A DNA stretch of 58,860 nucleotides, filler included, from Sphacelaria rigidula (taxonomy: Eukaryota): the NCBI GenBank assembly GCA_964200075.2. It is 3 parts of 3 records of this genome, joined end to end, with 100 filler letters (N's around TTAATTAATTAA, not from the genome) between each part and the next. Parts side by side here need not be neighbours in the genome. Positions count along the whole stretch, not along the records: positions 19,660 to 39,214 come from CAXNAA020000647.1; positions 39,315 to 58,860 come from CAXNAA020000648.1; 1 more part is not named here. One strand, given 5' to 3'. Positions 35,692 to 48,519 of this stretch are shown here, piece after piece. Position numbers and translations under genes: made by a program. Under the pieces are notes generated by a model. It had not been told where the DNA came from. It ran no database searches and worked only from the letters and a program-made list of their open reading frames with translations. Every line of letters begins with the position of its first letter. Position 1 is the stretch's first letter.

Positions 35692-38330
35692 TATGACTGC
35701 TTGTGTCTGGAGGTTTGAGGTGGATACCGGGTAAAAATCGGTGAGCCGAATTGCCCCCCCCGCCCCCGACCCGCCCCCCGCCACAGCCCCAAGGTAAAAC
35801 GGGTATGACAAACGGATAGAGTTGCAAGATAGGAGACAGGACTCGGTTAGATGACGTGGGAGTGTTGTGAAGGGAGCGGTGAGCGGGGCAAATGGGACGA
35901 TGTGAATGGGGATGTGGGAGTGTCCTTCGGGGGTATTGAACGTCAACTTATGTGAATTTTTGGATGATAGTCCTGGACCGATGTGGACGTAGCACTGACT
36001 GTCTGTCATGTGTGTTTGGCCGCTTGGTGTGATATCATTGGATACACGTAATTTTCCAGACAGAACCGGTGCTCTCACGTTTCTTCGAAGACGCGTTTCA
36101 GGTCGAGGAAGAGGAGGGGGAGTATACAACCGACGCGTTCGGTAACGAGGCGTGCAGAGCTTACGCCCCAATGATGCACACAGCATGCGCAAGACGCTGG
36201 GAAGGACGAATATGAGAAGAAAGAGTCGTGGGCCTGCACGGGCTGTTGCCCCTGTCAGGTCAACCAAGCGTAAGCCTACCGCCACATCCGAAACAGGAAG
36301 GAGTTTAGCGGTGGATATGTGACTTGAGAAAACGCGTCGAGTGCAGGCCGGCAGACAACAGGGAATGCAGCACAAGATGCATCGCGTCAACATAGTCACA
36401 GATCCACCATCGATTGGGTATACTGGTACACGGTGACTGAAGCGATCATCCTGTCTTTACATCTTCAAAGCTCTCGAGGTCTCCGCCGAGGAGATATAAG
36501 AAGTCCCAGGCATATTGCCCCTACAATGGCAAGCTTGGCCACACGCAGAGAATCAAAGCTGGCAAAAACTCACTCGTCTCACAAGGCTTCGTGCTTGAAT
36601 CATTCCCTCCCAACTGCGGACAAATCACTCACCTGGGTGCCTGAGGAGACTAAGCAGCGGGAGCTTAAGCTGGCCCGGGGATGGTATCACGAAGAAGGGT
36701 GGTGCGGCCGTCGTGTCAGCCGTCTGCGACGTGTGCCCTTCACAAGCGGGTCGGCGATGCGGTAAAGGTCTGTGGCATGCCCAGTCCGGTCCCAGATGTC
36801 GGGAAGGCGTGTTTGTTGTACAGGGGGCCGGGGACATGTTCGGTGTTGTACCCGCGGTGAGAGGTTTGAACACTTTTTGTGTATATATCGCCGCCACCAA
36901 CCACAAAAATTATGTTATTCTTCATCCCTCCAACATGAAATATGCCGCATCGCAGACGATCGCTCTCTTGGGCTTCTCTCATTTACTCGTTCACCATGGG
37001 GCCCGAGGAACAAGATATATCAAGTATCAAAAACCTTCTTTGCAAAGCTGGCTTCGCCAATGCTGGTCAGTTCCCGTTTGTTGGACGTTATATGTTTCGG
37101 GGGTTCATTTCGTATAAAATGCTCACGTCGTATCGTAGGACGACTAATATGTATGGGAACTGTAATAAAGTATGGGAAGGGTTAGCTGCAAACTTCTATG
37201 GTGTGGTGATAGTTGGTGATATGAAAATGAAAGTAAAGGAACCAGGAATCATTGGTACGATACATGAACAAATTTGATTGATTAACCCCAAACCGTGGCG
37301 TTGATGACAGGACAGACACCCACTGTTGTGGCGTAACCGATGACCCAGAAACGGCGTAAACGACGAAGTAGTAGTGGATGAATGGCAGCCGGGCTAGGTT
37401 CGCACACACCGAGGAACTATTCCATATGATGGATCCTTTCAGCGCGTTGGGGCGACCTCAGCGTTGTGTCGAGCGCACGAGCTGTGAGCGCAGCTAGCTA
37501 TAGCGATGGATCCCAGTCGACGCCCTTCATTTATGAAAAAATGGCTCGTTAATGAGGGGGCCTTAAGAGTCAGCAACTGCTCCTGTTCTTATACGCCAGT
37601 CGGTGGGGCGTTGTCTTATACTCGTGATGCAGGCAGTTCCATTGTATCCTTCGGTGTCATATGAGATGATGGCGAAAATCGGCAATGGGAGGGACCGTAT
37701 TATAGACCGGAAATCAGAAGCACGTTCCTCCTGCATCCCACACCTGCGACACAGATGCGGCCGTCAATCAAGAAAAAAATAGTTAATAATAAAATGAGGC
37801 TGGGCCTTTCACTGAAAATAAGAAAAAAGATTGAGAAACACACCTCAAACTGGGCGACAAGATAAGACACATGAGAATAAGAAATAGCGCGGATGGATAC
37901 CGAAAATACGCGTAAGAAATAAGAAACTAGGTGACTGGGAAGCCCATTCCCAACTAAGAAACGTACCCTCTACATCTAGACCCCCCCCCCCCTGCTAAAC
38001 TGTACTTTTTGTGCGAGCGGCATGATACGTTCTTGATTTTGGGTGGCGCCAGTTAGACAGTGTACACCTGCGGAGGGGGTGTTTTTCGTTGGGTAATTTG
38101 CGTGCAGCGAGGTGGCGGAGGCAGTACATCGAAGATATAGAAAAATGACAGTTTGAGAAAATCAATAGGATCCGGTCGACAAGAAATATGAGAAAACTCA
38201 ATTTTGGAAAAAACACAACTTGTGCCGGTGTTTGCGCCCGAAATAAGACTTTGAGCCTCATCCCCAAGTTGACGTTTGTTATCTCCGGGCCGCAACTGTA
38301 TATAAAATACAGCAATGTTTAATGTGAAGA

Positions 38331-38334
38331 CAAT

Positions 38335-38389
<55 letters not shown>
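38331..38389. repeat. (AAC)n microsatellite, probably a retroposon tail
   Basis: Preceded by tttaatgtgaagac; the similar end tttaatgtcaagacaacaac occurs at ~22986-23011. Confidence 0.85.
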
Positions 38390-38392
<3 letters not shown>

Positions 38393-39029
38393 TATGCTCG
38401 AGCTCCTGTCAGATTGGAGAGGACACCCAGGGTGGACGATTTAGGTCTCAAGTTCCCTGTTCAGGTGAAAATGGTGCCGATTAAGTACTAAAAATGACCC
38501 GCCCCGGCGGTCGCGTCGTGAACAGAAACCGTGAAAACTCTTGTTAATTTCTTCTTTGGGACGAAGCGGGAGCTCGCTCTCATCATGCAAACATTAGGGG
38601 GACGGGAGGTTGGAGATTGACAGTCGCCGAAAAAAAGGCGGAACCGGACCTTTTTCCAGTCGCCACCGTCGCCGAAGCACCACGGTTAATTTCCCCGTTG
38701 GAACGGAGCGGGGACGTGTTCCTGCCATGAAACATTTGTTTAGACTGCATGGGAACGTTGAAGATTCAACATCGCAAAAGTAACGGCTGGGCTGGATCTT
38801 TTCCCAGTCGCAACCGTTGCCGACACACTACAAGACAGGGCGGGGATTCCCGCCCCATCCCGTCCTGGCAATCTCCCGCGAGATTTCTTCCCGGAATCAA
38901 CCCTGGAAAAGGTCATTGTCACGCGTACATCTGCCGCACGCCAAGCTTCCTTGTGCACAAGCCACGATTCGCAGCACATTGCCCTGCCAGGACAGCGGCA
39001 TTTTAAGCGGTGCTGTCGAGTGATGCCGC

Positions 39030-39214
39030 GATAGCGCCCCCCCCTCCCCCCCACGGTAAGACAGACACCCTTGAGGCAGTGGATAAGTCGTGGCTGTTCC
39101 TGGAAGTGGCGGTACCAGATAATCAAGCAACTCATTGGACGCTGTCATCCAAATGCAAGATAATCAGTAGGCTTCGGGCCGAACAGTCTTAGCAGGATGC
39201 AGCTCACCCTTCAT
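39030..39214 (+). repeat. Dispersed non-coding repeat, cut by the contig end
   Basis: Colinear with 53545-53724. Confidence 0.85.
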
Positions 39215-39314
39215 NNNNNNNNNNNNNNNNNNNNNNNNNNNNNNNNNNNNNNNNNNNNTTAATTAATTAANNNNNNNNNNNNNNNNNNNNNNNNNNNNNN
39301 NNNNNNNNNNNNNN
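39215..39314. other. Artificial assembly spacer
   Basis: 44 N + TTAATTAATTAA + 44 N. Confidence 0.99.
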
Positions 39315-39388
39315 TTGTTTGTGTTGTTTTGGTTTGTGGTTGTTTTTGTTTGGTGGGGTTGGTGTTTGTGGTGTGTTGTTGGTTGGTT

Positions 39389-39680
39389 GTACTCATTTGT
39401 TGCTTGCCTTGGTCGTCTGATCATTGACCGCGCATCCCTTGCAATACGGATATAGGGGTGGAGGCGGGGTGTATTTCGTTATCATGCATGCCATAGTCAT
39501 GAGACCATTGTTGGACTCGCATCCATACAAAGCCGGGATGGAGCACGCCGGGTTTTCGCCGGACCAGGCCTGCACTCAATCACCAAACTCGAAGCGCCGT
39601 GGTGTGTTCGGCGAGTGGCATGAAGGGTAATCTACATCCTGTTAAGATTATTGGTCCCGGGTTTTCGCCGGACCAGGCTA
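39389..39680 (-). repeat. Same dispersed repeat family in the opposite orientation, joined to the 70-bp GTACTCATTTG module
   Basis: 39460-39655 is reverse-complementary to ~53690-53880. Confidence 0.8.
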
Positions 39681-40105
39681 AAATAGGGGCGGAGGGGGGG
39701 GGTGGGGGTAGTTGGGGTTATTCGTTCCACGAAAGCAGCAACAACACTTGTTCGAACGCGGTTTTTACTGCGAAATAACACTCATTCATACTGCTTGACA
39801 CGGTTTTTACCCGAATAATACAAGCGCACCGCGAGTGTGTTGGGTCATCTGATGCACCCACAACGAGTCTTTTTCGTGGAACCAACCGCCCCCCCCCCTC
39901 CCTTCCCTCCCTCCCTACAACCTTACAGCCCTACTACGACCTCGTGCACAGGTACTACAGAAGTCCACACCTATATCATTTGAGTTTGTCACGTTCAAGA
40001 CGTCTATGACCACCCGATAGAAAAACTGTCGCAATTAACTCATTGTTCACAATATGCACGAGACGTGGAGGCGCTATCCTTTTGCGGCTTGCAGGAGTGC
40101 TTCTA

Positions 40106-40221
40106 CGGTAGAGGTGCACAATTTTTGAGGCTGCGCAGTGTCGGAGCCCCTCGATGGCAAACGTCTTGACCTTAGTGTGCAGCCTCAGAAAGCTTTTGGA
40201 CTACAAAGTGCATCCCTACCG
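40106..40221. mobile_element. 116-bp MITE with CGGTAG-type TIRs (a decayed second copy lies at ~40593-40720)
   Basis: TA|cggtagaggtgcac ... gtgcatccctaccg|TA. Confidence 0.75.
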
Positions 40222-41620
40222 TATACAATCCCTCCCGGCTGTTGTTGTTGTTGCACTCTACGTGCCTTCCGAACGGTAAACGGCGCAACGTTTTCTTGAG
40301 AACGGGGGGGAGACGAGGAGAAATCCCCGCATAGTAAGGTCTGTAAGAAAAGTTACGTCATGTTGCTAGTGCTCTGTTTGATCATTCCTCGAAGTTTCAA
40401 AATCAACGTCATTAACACGCGGGTTCCAACGAACTCTCGTGTCTCCCTAGGGATATTTTTCAAAACGCGACAAAGCGGGAATCGTCCTATAATCCCTCGT
40501 CCCCTCTCTGAAGCAGCTCTGATCGTGCCGAAACTTTCAGCTTTGGGTTATTTTGGGGTGGGGATTCCGAACTGGGTATCGAGTGGTTCGACGGTAGCGG
40601 TGGACATCTTTTCCTGAGGCTCTGCACTGTCGGAGCTTCTCGATAACAAACATTTATCTGGGCCTTAATTGTTTCTAGCCTCCGACATTCTTTGGACTAG
40701 AACGTGCGCCCCCATTATTGTAGAATCACCCTGTGAGTTATTCGAGTTCATCAATACCGTCGAGCACAGCTTGTTCAAACACGCTACTCGTAAATAAATC
40801 TGGGGATACCGGAGAAATATCCCCGCCCACGCTTGGCCTATGCTATATATTTCACTTGCCCGAAGGGCTAAATTTCTGAGCGTTGAGTAATTTTCGTATG
40901 GTGATCGCGAATCTATTATCAGAAGAACCTAGCTCGGCGTGGACGTTTTGCCACATCATACCAAAAAAAGGACTTCAGCTTGAGGATTTTGTGAAGATTT
41001 GTTTTTATTTCAAGTTCGCTGCGCAACTGGGTTTTTGTTTGAACAACTTTCTGAGTAGCCCACACCCCGTCAAATCGGCGAAGCGAAATCGATTACCGAG
41101 GTGTTCACAGAATAAAACGTTTACAAATACGGCCAAAGCGAAAATCGAGGTGATGCGGAACAGATGAATTTTATATAATATTTTAGACTACGGTTGTGTG
41201 ATTCTCTGGGAGAACAAAAAATAACTGCTTTTGACTTTATTTACTCCTCACGTGCGCCGGACCAATACTTCTTTTACCTTGAATGGCACATGGATCGTGT
41301 CACGTTTTCTTTCGTTTCGGTTGATTTTTTTTTTGATGAATCGATTGCGATCTTTTCCCCTGCTGCTGCTGCCACCACCACGGAGACAAAAAGATACAGA
41401 AGATATAGATGGATAACAGTAGATCCACGTCGTACACATTGCCACTACTCCTACTCTTGTACAAGTACTGTATACACCCTTTTCCCTTCTCTCCTCGCCG
41501 ACTCATCACGCTGCTGATATCACCACCCACCGCCCACCACCACGACACTAAAAACTCAGCTACACAACAAATAGTAGGTACAAGAGCATACAGCAGAGAG
41601 AAGCCGCCTGATTGATTGGT

Positions 41621-44600
41621 TCAAGTCTCCCCGCCTGCCCAGCAACCCTTCACAAGCGCATCCACGGGTACAGAGTCTTTCTCGAGAGCGACCAAACACA
41701 CGGGACAGACACGAAGGTCATACGCAGCAGCGGCGGAGAATATCGGAGGAGCGTTCGAACCACCCGTTGCCGTGACACTGCTCCAAATATGGGCAGCAGT
41801 GAAGCCGTGTTTGGATAAGACCAGCCCGTCGAGGACCCCGTCCTTGTCGCCCGGGTAGTGGTCGCTCGTGATGTCATCGGTTATATTGTCACCGCTAGTC
41901 ATGCGCCACTGTGCAGGCTGCTGCTGGCAACCGTCTCCGCCTGCGAGGCGTTCCTTGTGGGGGAGAGCGTCTGCCTCGAGGTAGATGCAGGTTGCCTCCG
42001 ACACCAATAGGTCACACACGGCGCACGGTCTCCTTCCATTGCTATGTTTGTCGTTGCCGATAAAAAGTGGAGACATAGTAAGGCGTAAAGTAAGGGTCGT
42101 TATTAGATAGTTTGACTTTTCCCTTCGACTTTTTCGATGATTTCAAAAAAAAAATCCGGCTTATCGAGAAAAAACAAAATCGGAAGAAAAATCCAACGCA
42201 AGATATTCCGAGCAATAGGTGATCTTAAATTGTTCTTTTCCTTGACCTAGTTGAGAAATCTGCTCTCACATTTTGCGGGCAGAAAGCCCCCCCCCCCCCC
42301 GCGAAATTTTCGGAAAAGTCTGAAAAAACAGCACTATTAACCCTTTGGGAACCCAGTGCTAATTTTTGTTCTTGTGAAAAGACATGATTTTCATTCATTT
42401 TCAAATCAAAATGATGCCGATTCACAGAAACAAAAATCGCCAATGGGTTCTGAAAGAGTTAGTAACGACCGACGGGGTGGAAACAGAAGAAGGACGAACT
42501 GGAACGCAGCCTTTCGATTGGCCAACAAAAAAAGCGTGAAATCTGATCGCCCGATATTCATTGTTTTGCTCGGAATGGGTTATTATTTTACAGTGTGGAG
42601 CGAGGAGCTTCTGGAGGGACAAGAAAAATGTCAAGCGATGAAAATGACTTTTGGACATAACATGCTTGCAGACAACCGCCAACGATAATACCTGCCGTTC
42701 GAAACACCAACGAAGCCATGACCGAGGCTAATAAAGCTAAACTTTCGCCTGTCCGTCCGTGAAGCTGCATTCAAATAGTAGGATCTACGTAGCATAATAA
42801 AATGAAAGTAAGTCGTGAAAAGGCCAACCGAAACCCCCCGTCGGAAGCAACATTCGATTTTCCCCTCTCCATTTTTCATAATCTCTGGCTCAAGGCAAAA
42901 TAGGGTCGTCGTCACAAGTTGTAAAGTAGTTAATACCGACCATCTAAACGCCGTCGGAAACAGCACAACTGATAAATATCATCGCGTGTAGCTCGGCAAA
43001 ACACGTTCAAGAAAAAATACCTCCTCTATAACGCCGCCACTTACCGTCCGCTGTCTCCCATTGTTTCGTGCCAGTATTCAGAGAAGCGGCACGCGAACTC
43101 TGACGTGAGCAGGTCGGCAGGAGGAGGAACACTACGACCGTCATCCACGACGGGATCCTGTGACTTGTGATCAGTAGGGTGGTGGGCGCTATCCTGGTAG
43201 CCCCCCGTCTCCTTCGCGTGGGCAAGGGTCGAAAATGGAAGCTGTGCTACGATCTCGTCGATGCTCACGGTGAGATCGTGTCTGCACACGCAAGCGACAC
43301 CCGTGCAAGCGGGAAAAAAAAGGAGAATAGGGGAGAGGAGGGAAGAGGAGGGGAGAGGAGACGGAAGTACTCATTTGTTCTTTGCGTCAGTCGTTTGACG
43401 ATTGACCACGCATCCTTTTCGAGACGGAGCACAGGGAAGAACAGGGCGGGGGGGAACACACAGACGCTATTTCTCACACAAACTATGCCGTGAGTTCGTC
43501 AAACCCTCCCTCACGAGGCTGATTTTAACCCTGATTTGTTTCACTACTACTGGCGTAGTATTTAACCTCGTCCTGAAGGGGGGAAGAGGGGGACATGTCC
43601 GTGTGGACATGATCGGAGGATTGGGGCGGAGCGGTGCCAGGGAGGGAACCTTAGACAGCGAGAGTGGGTCATCTGTAGAATCGGCATCGTTTCACTTTGA
43701 AAAAATCTATGCATGATCCAGGTGGACCACCCTCGCGGCCTCAGGGTTACTGCGTGGTATTCGTTCAGTGGCAGAAAAAGTCTGGCACTCCAATCCCCGG
43801 CGATGCCGGCCTGACGAAGCGATGTGCGGTATTTCTGCACCACCTTTGACTTGCGCCTCACACAAAACATGTAGTAACTTCAAAGCGTCAATTGCTACGT
43901 AGTCGTCTTTGCTTTCACCTCAGAGCCCTCGCGGAGTTGGGAAGAGTGAGAGGAGGAAACGGGAGGTTACCCCACCCCCCCCCTTCCCTTCTCCCATCCT
44001 CTCCCCCCGAGACAATGATTTGGATCATGACCCTTAATCGTTTCAATACTTTCATACCTTATCTACCCCGTATCCCGCGGAAGAGTGTTACTGTGAGACG
44101 GGACGCCTTGCCTGATATCGATGGTGCGGTCTATCCGAAGGTCACGGGGCTGATGATCTACCTTCTTAGTCGGTCATCATGACGGTATGTTGTCTATTGA
44201 TCATCGAGACGGAAATAAAAAGTGGAGGCCTCGCATTCCCAGAGCACCGGAAGTAGCGACGCTCGCAGAATACTGTTCCGTTTGTTCCTATTTCTTCCAT
44301 ATAAAATCCTGCCACGGGTGGTCAAGGCGACCCCACATCAATCCATGTATTTGCGACACCCCCAATAATAATGCCCCCTGTGCAAGCGGCCGAAGGACCA
44401 AGAGAGAACGAATAGTAGCGTTTGCGCTACTTTATCGGAGAGGATGTATTTTACGCGTACGTTTTTTTTCAAGTTTCTAGTTCTTCGATTCTCTGTAATA
44501 CTTCGTTATTCAGCAGCCTGCAGCACCTGTACCGTACTGGTCAAGAGGGTCGTCCGTTACGGGGAGCTGGCGTCATTCGTCCGTTGCAGGATTGCTGCTC

Positions 44601-45330
44601 ACAATGGGTAGCGCACATGCCTTCCTCGCTGTTTTCTACTGAATAATACGAGGATCGTACGTGATAGGGAGAGGGCGTCCTTTGTTTGTAGCGGCACTGC
44701 CACTTAAAATGTGTGAACGAGCAAGCCTTCTTTGTTGCGTTCTCTTCAACGAGGCGTGTGTCGACCTGCGGCTGCTCTTGTGCCCTGTGTTTTCATAGGT
44801 GGATTTTTGATACCAATAATGTGAGTGTGTCGTATGCTACGTATTCGCGGGTGGGGGCTACACGATTTCGTACCCCCAAAACGAAGTTCGACGTCTACAT
44901 CCCGAATACACCACCAGCAGCGGCAGCAGCTACAACCACACAGCACTTGCAAGGGCCATACCAACGCTGAGGGACCACTCACACACACGTGTCTAGGCAG
45001 TCGACGAGCGCCTTTACATCAGCCGCTGTGAACTCCGAGTCCTCCAGTTTGTCGCACAGCTGCTCCACCAAGGATGTTTTCGCTTCGCATTCACCCTCGC
45101 GGTGCGTCACTTCGATCTTGGACCATTCGGGAGGGCCCAGACAAATAGCACCAGCAGAACGTACGGAAAGCACACGGGGATATCAAGTTGACGGGCTCTC
45201 CAGTACACGAGGCTCGCCGGTAGACGCTTTAGTTGAAGAAGCATGATGTGGGAGAACATACGGCTCCCCCGCCCGTTCATCACATCTAATCCGCACATAC
45301 TTCGCGGGTATTCATTGCGCATCTTGCTGG
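41621..45330 (-). pseudogene. Spliced N-terminal relic of a Helitron RepHel-type protein (no Rep or helicase domain in the window)
   Basis: Exon 43281-43045 (CAG/GTAAGT) joins exon 42041-41621 (TAG acceptor) in phase 2, giving VPPP...F...RPCAVCDLL...GLVLSKHG...VCPVCLVAL...PVDALVKGCWAG. This is the CAVC / CxxC...PxxALANGxWxG pattern that precedes DUF6570 in Helitrons. An upstream exon ends at 44983 (GTGAGT) and carries stops. Confidence 0.65.
42341..42458. mobile_element. 118-bp piggyBac-like MITE
   Basis: TTAA|CCCTTTGGGAACCCA ... TGGGTTCTGAAAGAG|TTAG. Confidence 0.65.
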
Positions 45331-46879
45331 ATGAGACAAGCGCAGTGAAACGGTGTACAGAACCTTCCGGGGGAAATAGAAAAAACAAGAAAAACACTCG
45401 TGTAACGTCAACGCTCAAGGGGAGAAATAGATCCTTCAGAAGCCACCGATGCCCTCTTCACCCTGCTTGGACTATCGGTCAACAAGGAGTAGTACCAGTA
45501 CAACAGCATCGAGTGATTGTTCCCCAGGAATTCTCTAATACGAGACATGTTGGAAATCTCGTAAGTGCAGAGACTCTCTGCGTACTACGGAGGAATGCGC
45601 CGCAGTGGTCAAACCGGTACCCGCCGGCCATTTCGGGTGGAGTAGTATTGCGATGCGGGAGGAGTCTGATCCAATCTGCGATGACACCAGAAAAAGTCAG
45701 GTACATACCAGGGGGATGTGTGGGTAATTTTCTTTAGACTAGGGACTCGTTTCGAGGAAGAGGAGGGATCAAAAGTATGGCAACTACAAACATGAACATA
45801 TATATATATATCAATGTGTACATGCAACAATGCCGTCCGGCTCAGACGACGGATTTTTTTGTGTTTGTGCTAAAACACGAGAATATGGTCTCGTTTGGGG
45901 AAGAGGGTATGGAGCACGAATAAGGAGGAAAATCACATGGCTATCCCACTGACGGCAACATTTTCCCCAAAACAGCCAACTACAGGTACTTATGATCAAC
46001 TTTCCCTCCACGATATAAGCACAAAATCATCTGAAGACAGACAACTTGCGTTGAGCACTTGCGAAAACACATAATAAGGAAAACACACACGGTACAGATG
46101 CGAAGGTTGGCCATGAAAAACGTGCCTACTAGCATAGGAGAATATAGCGACAAAACTCACCGCAAAAGGCTCGCCAGTTCCCAAAGGCGACGGCAGCTGC
46201 GCGTCCCCGATACTGCGCCGAACCCCGCCCGACTTCCCCAAAGTATTATCGTCCCGTTTCTTGCACTTCTCTTCCCTTTTTTCCGTGTCTTGATCCCTTG
46301 TTTCCGTCTGGCACCTTGTTCTGGGACGAAGGTGGGGGAGGGATGGGGTAATGGGGAGGTGAGGTCTTCCAAGGTATCACACTGTAGAAAATGTATACTA
46401 CCAAGTATAGCCTACGAAAAAAACGTGACTGGCGATCGAGAAAAATGGCAGGTAGTACAACAACGAAGAATCAACGACCACTTCCTCACGAGCAAAATAA
46501 TACGAAAATGAGATGCCAGAAAAAGGACTTTACTACAGCGGAAAAACCATAATGAACGAAGAACAGACAGATGTGGACTGAATTTTTCGTTACATCTTTC
46601 TCCAAGTACAGGACAGTATTATTTAATGTTTGTACTGTGTATGGCCGCATGAGTTGACATCCAACATGACACGCCGCAGAAACGAGAAATAAACGGGCAC
46701 AGCAAAAACAGATGTAACACACCACTCTGCAACAAGAGGGTCTTCTATTTATCTTCCACGACCTCAGACTCGTCACATGACTGCACGATATCATTGCGTC
46801 CTTTCAGGCACTCGAGCTACAAGGCGCTAAACGTTGACGAGTTCACAAAGAGACGGGAAGATTTACCCCCTTGAAATTT

Positions 46880-47160
46880 CTCATGCTGAGTTTTCGAGTT
46901 AGACTCTGAAATGTCGCACACGGGTGCTATGAGATATTTAGAACGCCTGTATATATATATATATATATATATATTCCCTCGTTTTTTCGCCAGATATCGG
47001 GGGTCCCAGAAGGTGGCGTCAGACGTCGCATTCTGGGACCCTCGATCTCTGGCGAAGAAATACACAAAAAATCGAAGAAAAACCGATTCATACGGAGGTT
47101 CTAAATATCCCAGAGCATCCATGTGCAAATTTTCAAGGTCTAACTCGAAAACCAGAGTGA
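46880..47160. repeat. Foldback (palindromic) element
   Basis: Inner arms 46986-47011 and 47031-47056 are 24/26 complementary; outer arms are ~46885-46952 and ~47088-47155. Confidence 0.85.
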
Positions 47161-47477
47161 TAAATCGCCCGTATCTGCGTCGAAGTGTATACAAATGTGT
47201 GCGGAATCCCCCTATTTCCTTGACTGGAGTACGCTACCGATGATTTCCTTGTGCGCTTGAGCTTACATCGACCGTTTGGGATCAACTTCCGAAATAAGTA
47301 ACCAAACGTTGTACAAACGTTCCTTGAACTACCTCGGGGCGAGTCTCGTTTGTATTTTTTATTTTGAGGCAACCTTACGCCCCCCCGGAAGCCGGTAGTG
47401 TGTGTGTTACTGCTCGTGTACTGTGCAATACGGAAGTGCGTACTTACCGTCCCGTTACCGCGCGGCACTGAATATTA

Positions 47478-48020
47478 TCGAGTTGGCTTAATCGGGGTCG
47501 GGCTACAATCTGTCCACGGTTGACACATTTTACAACTATCGCTAAACCTTACCCTAACCCCAACCCAAGGCAAACCGAGATCCCTATGACAGGGGAGGTA
47601 CATAGGGTTCCCTAGGCAAATTGGGGGCTTGGTAGACCCCAAATAGGCGCCTGTGGTACCGATTTGAACGAAAACGCGTACGTTCTGTGTACGCGAGGAG
47701 CACACGGGACCGTCAGCCGCACTAAAGATCCGATCTTCGTTGGATATACTCAAATCAATTTTACATCAACCATGAACAGATTGTAGCGCAACGCCAACTA
47801 AACTTTACTGGATGAGGCCTCGATTAGAACGAAAGCGCGTTCTGTGCCAAAGGGTAAGACTCTAGCTGCTAGAGTCACACGCTTTGTTCTGTGTACGCGA
47901 GGAGGACACACGGGACTGTCAGCCTCAGTAAAGACCCGAATCTCGTTTTTTTACAGCCTCAAATCGAGTAATATCAACCATGGACAGATTGCAGCCCAAC
48001 GCCGGTTAACTTTACTGTAG
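47478..48020. mobile_element. MITE-like element with a duplicated right end
   Basis: Left arm gggctacaatctgtccacggttga is complementary to arms at ~47766-47792 and ~47974-48000; ~130-bp direct repeat at 47682-47810 and 47886-48020. Confidence 0.65.
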
Positions 48021-48519
48021 AGTTAACCGGCCAACCCACCCATCCATCATCGATCACACACACCAATAATATACGCACCTGTCCATACACCACACCAACA
48101 GCGCTGTAGCGAAAATGATGTATATGTCCACCATCGTGAACTCGTCGCACTCCCACCAGTTCACGACCGCGTTCGTCACGGAGAGTCGCCCCGCCTTTTG
48201 CGCGCTTACCCTATCCCGCCCGCCCATAGTCCCGCTGGGTCCCACTTCCTTGCGCAGTGCGGGTGCGTACAGCAGAATAGGAAAGTGGCGAGGTGTGCTC
48301 GGTGTGTGTTGCTCCCGCCTTCGTTGTGGACCTTGCTCAACCTGGGAGTCGAGAGCAAACAACAACCAAGCGGTTTCCATCAATCGTTTCAGAAAAAATA
48401 CAACACAACTATCATGGGCTACCACAACGCATACATGTGGATCATACTGTCCACAATACGCTTTAAGTTCTCTTGTACCACATCAAATGCCAAACTCTAC
48501 AGAGCTGCAACGGCGGGCA

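Noticed and set aside
35395..36399. 334-aa ORF as a complete protein
   Set aside because: Only 35691-35500 looks coding; the rest is probable UTR or intron read-through past splice sites.
38053..38451. Poly-Val membrane protein ORF
   Set aside because: It is the translation of the (AAC)n microsatellite.
39030..39680. Inverted repeat spanning the second gap
   Set aside because: The two copies lie on different contigs, and contigs commonly end in abundant repeats.
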